A stretch of DNA of 64,000 bases, taken from positions 768,001 to 832,000 of the forward strand of contig CAVTJJ010000003.1 of assembly GCA_963735035.1 (NCBI GenBank), read 5' to 3'. The notes beneath the pieces are model-generated. The model saw nothing but the letters and a program-made list of their open reading frames with translations. It was not told where the DNA came from and searched no databases. Every line of letters begins with the position of its first letter. Within the stretch, counting starts at the first letter, position 1. Source of the stretch: an uncultured candidate division Zixibacteria bacterium. GTDB taxonomy: Bacteria > Zixibacteria > MSB-5A5 > GN15 > FEB-12. The position numbers and the translations under genes are program-made. Below are positions 58,346 to 64,000 of this stretch, piece by piece.

Positions 58346-59101
58346 ATGGCAAAATCAGCCCTTGGTTTCGACATCGGTGGGTCATCCATCAAGTTCGCAT
58401 GCACGGACACCGACACCGGCAAGCTTGTGGGAGAAACCTCGTCCGTCCTTCTGCCCAACCCTGCTACACCCGCGGTTCTACTTGATACAATCAAGACCGC
58501 TCTCCATACCCTTCCTTGGACCGGCCCGTTCGGTGTCGGCTACCCCGGCGTGATCCGCCACGGCCGGACGCTTTCGGCGGCCCATCTGGACAAAAGCTTT
58601 ATTGGTCAAGATTGGTTGAGGGATCTTAGAACGCTGTCATCGGCACCGGTTACGCTCATAAACGACGCCGATGCTGCCGGGCTGGCCGAAGTCCGGTTTG
58701 GGGCCGCGCGGAAGTATACCAAACCCGATTCCGGGACGGTCGTCGTGGCCACACTGGGAACCGGTATCGGCACTGCGCTTTTCCACGGCGGGCGGTTGTT
58801 TCCGAACACCGAGTTCGGCCACATGCAGATGGGCGAACGCGAAGCCGAACAGTGGGCGGCCGGGGCGGTGCGGGTCCGTGAACAACTCGACTGGCCGGAG
58901 TACGGACGACGGGTCGATCTCTTCCTGCAAGAAATGGAGCGCCTGCTCTCCCCTGATTTGATCGTCCTGGGCGGGGGCGTCAGCGAAAATTTCGCCTCAT
59001 TCAGGCCATATCTGACGGTCGCATGTGATGTTCTTCCGGCAACCCTGGGCAACAACGCGGGCCTGATTGGGGCGGCCCTGGCGACCACACTGCACTTGTA
59101 G
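58346..59101 (+). CDS. ppgK: ROK family (polyphosphate) glucokinase
   Basis: GFDIGGSSIK, GVGYPGVI, NDADAAGLAE, TLGTGIGTALF, PNTEFGH, LGNNAGLIGAA. Confidence 0.85.
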   Translation: MAKSALGFDIGGSSIKFACTDTDTGKLVGETSSVLLPNPATPAVLLDTIKTALHTLPWTGPFGVGYPGVIRHGRTLSAAHLDKSFIGQDWLRDLRTLSSAPVTLINDADAAGLAEVRFGAARKYTKPDSGTVVVATLGTGIGTALFHGGRLFPNTEFGHMQMGEREAEQWAAGAVRVREQLDWPEYGRRVDLFLQEMERLLSPDLIVLGGGVSENFASFRPYLTVACDVLPATLGNNAGLIGAALATTLHL

Positions 59102-59336
59102 GGCAGAACCCCCGAAAACCGACCACAACTCTCACCAAAGGTTGCGGCAGGTCCCTGCGCCCCGCCCGGCGGGGCGTGTGACCTGCCGCGTTGAATCCGT
59201 TTGGCGAATCCCAAGACTTGCGTAGGGCAGAACCCTCGCCCGCCCTGCGGACGAGTGGTTCTGCCAAACTTGCGTCCGAGTCTAAAGAGACGTGGCAGAA
59301 CCGCTCCGACCGAAGCGGTCGGAGGGTTCTGCCCTA
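59098..59336. repeat. GTAGGGCAGAACC(C) REP-like repeats
   Basis: Copies near 59098, 59222 and inverted at about 59294-59336; family also at 30629. Confidence 0.8.
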
Positions 59337-59432
59337 CGGGAAACAGGGTCTGACACTTCATCCAGTTGCCTTGATCCATTGCTTGTTGTACCTTTCTCCA
59401 GCGATGAAACCAAGGCGCAAAGGAGGCCTGAA

Positions 59433-60758
59433 TTGTTCAGAAAACCTGTTCTCTTGATAGCCGCGGTACTGCTTTTCCTAGCAGGGTCGGCCATGGCGGA
59501 ATTCCGGGTTGACGTTAAGGAATTCAAGCTGGATAACGGCCTGACCATTCTGATGATGGAGAATCATACCGCACCGGTCATCACGTACTACACCTATTAC
59601 AGAGTCGGCGCGCGCAACGAACGGCGCGACAACTCGGGCATCAGCCATTTCTTCGAACACATGATGTTCAACGGGGCAAAGAAATACGGCCCGGCGATGT
59701 TCGATCAGGCGCTGGAGTCCAAGGGCGGAAACAACAACGCCTGGACCAGCAAGAACATCACCGCGTACTACGAGGATTTCCCCACTGAGGCGCTCGACCT
59801 GGTGCTCGACCTCGAGTCCGACCGTATGGCCAATCTCGCCCTGGTGGAAGAAAAAGTGAAGTCCGAGGCGGGTGTGGTCAGCGAAGAACGACTGGTCGGT
59901 ATCGACAACGACAACGAAGGGATCATGTGGGAAGAGCTCGAAGCGACCGCCTACATGGCCCACGCCTACGAAGGTCCGGTGCTCGGCTGGATGGAATCGA
60001 TCAAGCATTTCAACCGCGCCGACTGTGTGGAATATTTCAAGACTTTCTACGCCCCCAACAACGCCGTAGTGGCGATCGTGGGTGATATCAATCCCGAGCA
60101 GACCTTGGCTAAGATGAAGCAGTATCTAGGCGGCCTGCCGAGCGGCCCCCCACCGCCCGTGGTTCCCCGTTACGAACCGGAACAGCGCGGCGCCAAGCGG
60201 GTTTTCCTGGAGCGCGAGGCCGAACATGATCACCTCATGCGCGGCTATCATATCGGCGACAAAGACAGCCCGGATTTGTTCACGCTGGAAGTGATCCAGT
60301 TCATACTCACGTCCGGCGAATCCTCACGCATGCATCAGACGCTGGTGAACGATCTCCAACTGGCCCTCTACCAGTACGGCGGTTTCGAATGGGGTTTCGA
60401 TCCGGATCTATTCTATTTCTATGTCGCCGTGGCCCCCGGCAAGAACTATGACGCAGCCGAAAAGGCGTTTGATTCGGTGCTGACCGATTTGACCGTCAAC
60501 GGCCCCACCCCGGCCGAATTGCAGAAAGCCCAGAACAGCCTGACTGCCGGCTTCTACCAGAACTACAAGACCAACAACGGCACGGCCGGACAACTGGCCC
60601 GGTACAAAACGCTCTATGGTGACGTCAACGCGATGTACCAGTATGTGCCTGGTGTGAAGGCAGTCACCGCGCAGCAAGTGAAGGATGTAATGGCGAAATA
60701 TTTCAAGCCCAAGAATTCCACCACCGTGGTGCTGGTTCCGGAAGGAGGTAAGTCATGA
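59433..60758 (+). CDS. M16 (pitrilysin-family) zinc peptidase, catalytic subunit
   Basis: GISHFFEHMMFNG (HxxEH), NNAWT, LESDRM; TTG start after AAGGAGG gives a signal peptide. Confidence 0.9.
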   Translation: MFRKPVLLIAAVLLFLAGSAMAEFRVDVKEFKLDNGLTILMMENHTAPVITYYTYYRVGARNERRDNSGISHFFEHMMFNGAKKYGPAMFDQALESKGGNNNAWTSKNITAYYEDFPTEALDLVLDLESDRMANLALVEEKVKSEAGVVSEERLVGIDNDNEGIMWEELEATAYMAHAYEGPVLGWMESIKHFNRADCVEYFKTFYAPNNAVVAIVGDINPEQTLAKMKQYLGGLPSGPPPPVVPRYEPEQRGAKRVFLEREAEHDHLMRGYHIGDKDSPDLFTLEVIQFILTSGESSRMHQTLVNDLQLALYQYGGFEWGFDPDLFYFYVAVAPGKNYDAAEKAFDSVLTDLTVNGPTPAELQKAQNSLTAGFYQNYKTNNGTAGQLARYKTLYGDVNAMYQYVPGVKAVTAQQVKDVMAKYFKPKNSTTVVLVPEGGKS

Positions 60759-62126
60759 AGAAACTACTCCTGACCCTCGCTCTGTGTGCTCTGACCGCAA
60801 CGGATGTCACAGCCAAGATTACACTGCCGAAAGCGGCCGAGTTCAAGCTATCGAACGGCCTGACTGTAAACGTGATCGAGCGCCATCAATTGCCTCTCTT
60901 CTCGGTGTCGCTGACCTGCCGCGCCGGATCGATCTATGATCCAGTCGGCCAGGAAGGTCTGGCGTCACTCTCCAGCGACATGCTCATGCGGGGCACGAAG
61001 ACCCGTACGGCGAAGCAGATCGCCGATGAAATCGCGTTCGGCGGCGGCACGCTGGGCAACTCATGCGGTTTCAGTTCCGCCGGATTCAATGGCGAGTTTC
61101 TGACCGAGAACGGCGAAAAGGGTTTCCAGATTCTCGCCGATCTGCTCCTCAATTCGACCTTCACTCCCGAAGAATTCGAGAAGACCAAGACCCTCGACCT
61201 GGGCGGCCTTCAGGGACGCCGTGAGGACCCACGCAACGTCGCCGGTGACGCGATCTGGGAAGCCGTTCTGGGCAGCAGCCGGTACGCTCATTTCAGCGGC
61301 GGTATTCCCGCGCAGGTTCAGGGATTGACGCGGGACAATGTCGTTCAGTTCGTCAAGGAACATTACACGCCGGACAATTGTGTTCTCGTGGTTTGTGGCG
61401 ATATCACAACCAAAGCTGTCCGCGGCTGGGTGGACAAGTATTTCGGTCCGTGGAAGGGGAAAGCTGTTCAGGCTCAGGCCGAACAAACTTTCGCCCCGAT
61501 AACAGGACGCGAAGTCATCATCTTCGACAAACCGGATGCCTCTCAGACTCAAATTCGAATCGGCGGTAACGGCATTCCGCTCAATCATACCGACTATCCC
61601 GCCCTCGAAGTGGCTCGCACAGTCTACGGCGGCTCGTTTGCGTCGCGTCTGGGCGACGAGATCCGGGTCAAGCGTGGCCTCACCTACGGCGTGAGTTATC
61701 GCAGTTCCAGTTTCAAGCCGGGCGGAGTGGCGTTTGTAACGACGTTCACCAAGAATGCGACGGTCGGCCAGGTGGTGGACTTAATTCTATCCGAGGCCTA
61801 TCGGATGCAGACCGAACCACTGCCCGATTCGGAGTTGGCCGACGGCGCCGCGTTCCGGTGTGGCACTTACCCGCTCAACTATGAAACGAACGATGACCTC
61901 GCCGACGTGTTCGCCAATATGTGGCTGAACGGTCTGGACCGGTCGTATTTCGAGGATTATCAGGAACGACTGAAAGCGGTCACATCGGCGCAGGCGATGG
62001 ACGCTGCCAAGAAGTATTTCTCGAAGGACAATTATCGATCTGGTGCTGGTAGGCAAAGCGGACGAGGTCAAACCGCAGGTCGAGAAATTCGGCCCGGTGA
62101 CGGTGAAGCCGTTCTCACAGGAGTGA
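60755..62126 (+). CDS. M16 peptidase non-catalytic partner subunit; frameshift near 62035
   Basis: LSNGLTV, GLASLSSDMLMRGT (no HxxEH), SRLGDEIRVKRGLTYG; natural tail LVLVGKADEVKPQVEKFG..QE* in the adjacent frame. Confidence 0.85.
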
Positions 62127-62172
62127 CGTGTGTGATCTCGGGTGGCCCATCCGCTTGCGGGTGGGATTACAC

Positions 62173-62267
62173 GTGCCCGGCAGATGTCCACATCTGCCGG
62201 CTTTCATCAGGAGAAATGTAGGTCGGGTTCACGAGTCGTTTGCAGAGCGAACGACGAGCAACCCGAC
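62173..62267. repeat. REP-like palindromes
   Basis: GTGCCCGGCAGATG element and the GTAGGTCGGGTT..AACCCGAC element. Confidence 0.8.
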
Positions 62268-62384
62268 ATCGTTCGCTGAAATCTGAACCCAGCGCAGCGC
62301 TCGGGCGGCAGGCAAGGGGATGTTGAAACGTGACCTCAAATAGTACTCATTTGGACTGCATTAAGGTTATGGAGAGCACGGAGA

Positions 62385-62978
62385 ATGAAACGATGGCTGT
62401 ATTTTGCTGCTGCAACCGGTGTGTGTGGCTTATTGTCAACCGCCGTAGTGGTCATCTACCTCTACTGTGACTTTGGACTCGATACGCGTTCCGTAGCACC
62501 TGCACAACGCTTAATCTGTCCTGGTCAACATATCGTTGAACTTCCTGATACGGGGTTACATTACGTCTATTTCGAGAACGTAGTCAGTTACGACTCGGTT
62601 ACATACGCTATGGATAGCTTGCCGTGCAGTACTTCGGTGACGGTGAAGAACGGGGCCGTAGGACGGGTTGGGCCAATCAGACCAGCAGAGTCGACGGTTA
62701 GATACAGTTGGCCAGAACGCGCAGGGCTTTCCCTAGTTGAGTTTGATGTACTTAATCCTGGTGACTTGTTGATAGACGTTTCGTTCGACACGCAGATGAG
62801 CCATGGCCCCCTTGTCTTTGCGGTTGGATCTGCATCATCGATGGTTTCGATGATAAAGCGTGGAGTGACACTATTCTGGGTAAGCTTTCTTTTGCTCTAT
62901 TCGGCTGCAATAGTCTTATGGAAACGGAGAGTTCGCCGAAATCTGACCCCACCGCAAGCGGTGGGGCACCCGGCATGA
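62385..62978 (+). CDS. Hypothetical membrane protein
   Basis: 197-aa ORF with N- and C-terminal hydrophobic helices; GGAG RBS. Confidence 0.6.
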   Translation: MKRWLYFAAATGVCGLLSTAVVVIYLYCDFGLDTRSVAPAQRLICPGQHIVELPDTGLHYVYFENVVSYDSVTYAMDSLPCSTSVTVKNGAVGRVGPIRPAESTVRYSWPERAGLSLVEFDVLNPGDLLIDVSFDTQMSHGPLVFAVGSASSMVSMIKRGVTLFWVSFLLLYSAAIVLWKRRVRRNLTPPQAVGHPA

Positions 62979-62990
62979 GGAGCCTTCAAC

Positions 62991-63320
62991 ATGAAAATGA
63001 CCGACTGCCCCTTCACACCGATCGACTGGAGCAAGGTCGAACCTGAGTTGCACAAGGGCGAACAAGGGAACGCCACCTGGCGAACCGAGCATTGCGGACC
63101 TCTGCGCGTACGCGTGGTCGACTACTCCCCCGGATATATCGCCGACCATTGGTGCCACAAGGGTCATGTCTTGTTCGTGATGGAAGGCGAGCTGGTGACG
63201 ACGCTCTCCGATGGGAGGGAATTCGTTCTGCACAAGGGCGAAGGCTATCTGGTCGCCGACGATATCGCTCCGCACAAATCGGCCACGCCAACCGGCGCCA
63301 AATTGTTCATTGTGGATTGA
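62991..63320 (+). CDS. DHCW-motif cupin-fold protein
   Basis: HKGEQGNATWRT, YSPGYIADHWCHKGHVLFVMEGEL. Confidence 0.88.
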   Translation: MKMTDCPFTPIDWSKVEPELHKGEQGNATWRTEHCGPLRVRVVDYSPGYIADHWCHKGHVLFVMEGELVTTLSDGREFVLHKGEGYLVADDIAPHKSATPTGAKLFIVD

Positions 63321-63461
63321 ACATAGTGATCGGCAGGCCTCCGGGCCTGCCGTGGAAAGTGCCCGGCAGATGTCCACATCTGCCGGTAATGAGACTCCTG
63401 TAAGTCGGCGTTTCAGAGTCACGAGCCAAGCAAGTGATGACGAAACCCGACAGGCCTCTCG

Positions 63462-63857
63462 TTATGTCTTATTGCCCGACTTGAACCATCTTCCGATTAT
63501 TGATAAGAATTTCAGTGAAAATAAATCTCCGAGGACCTTTCGTGCGAAAGGTGGACGGTAATTGCGGAATGCTTCTTCTATAGCGCTGATTTCCACACGC
63601 TCTTGCGATTCCTCCTTAGGACCTATCCAAAAGCGACTGCTGTCTGCGTAAGGTTCCCACACAATAAATTCCCGACCCTTGTAGACAAATGCGACTTGAA
63701 CATCGTTTGGCGATTCGAATACTTTCTTGGCACGCACACTCCGTACACCGTCAACCGAGAGCAGAATTGACGCCGCAGTCGTTCTGCCAAGATAGGCATT
63801 GTCTATTTCAAACGCGAAGGTTTGTCCTGCTTTGTCACTTATGGGGTACGTATTCAT
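63462..63857 (-). CDS. Hypothetical protein
   Basis: 131-aa ORF (FAFEIDN..FIVWEPYADSSRFWIGP), protein-like composition. Confidence 0.6.
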   Translation of the reverse strand: MNTYPISDKAGQTFAFEIDNAYLGRTTAASILLSVDGVRSVRAKKVFESPNDVQVAFVYKGREFIVWEPYADSSRFWIGPKEESQERVEISAIEEAFRNYRPPFARKVLGDLFSLKFLSIIGRWFKSGNKT

Positions 63858-64000
63858 AGTGGCGTCTCACAAGAAAGAACCTGCAATCGAATTCATTGTC
63901 GGGTTGCGCACTCAACAAATCCATGCGCACAATCTGTCCTACTTGTACTTGCGGCAGGGATGGAACCCTGCCGATCATGGTTAACCCAGCGCAAGCGCTG

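Overview
Bacterial chromosome segment, about 55-60% GC by eye. The secreted proteins carry dockerin-like plus 'QNYPNPFN' C-terminal domains, which points to an FCB-group lineage such as Zixibacteria (inference). The left 23.5 kb is the most unusual part. It holds two divergent paralogous four-gene cassettes: ECF sigma factor, soluble HxxxCxxC zinc anti-sigma-like protein, cytoplasmic TPR-CHAT caspase-like protease with intact His/Cys, and secreted subtilase with dockerin. Each cassette has its own twice-repeated bipartite promoter-like motif. Between them lie a HipBA toxin-antitoxin pair and a caspase-family lipoprotein. The middle holds tRNA-Asp/tRNA-Val, a recX-alaS-GGGPS-gmhA-O-antigen ligase operon, a DUF4388 cluster, an IS30 element inserted in a REP-like palindrome, and a complete classical menaquinone operon (ubiE/menG, menFDHBACE, thioesterase). 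The right part holds pepF, a chaperone-usher-like pilus cluster with six pilin-like subunits, secreted repeat proteins, a ROK glucokinase, an M16 peptidase pair and small genes. Many genes right of about 28 kb, including essential alaS, are broken by apparent small indels, most likely assembly errors. Several families of GTAG/GTCA palindromic repeats are dispersed through the window, one of them translated in frame inside menE.
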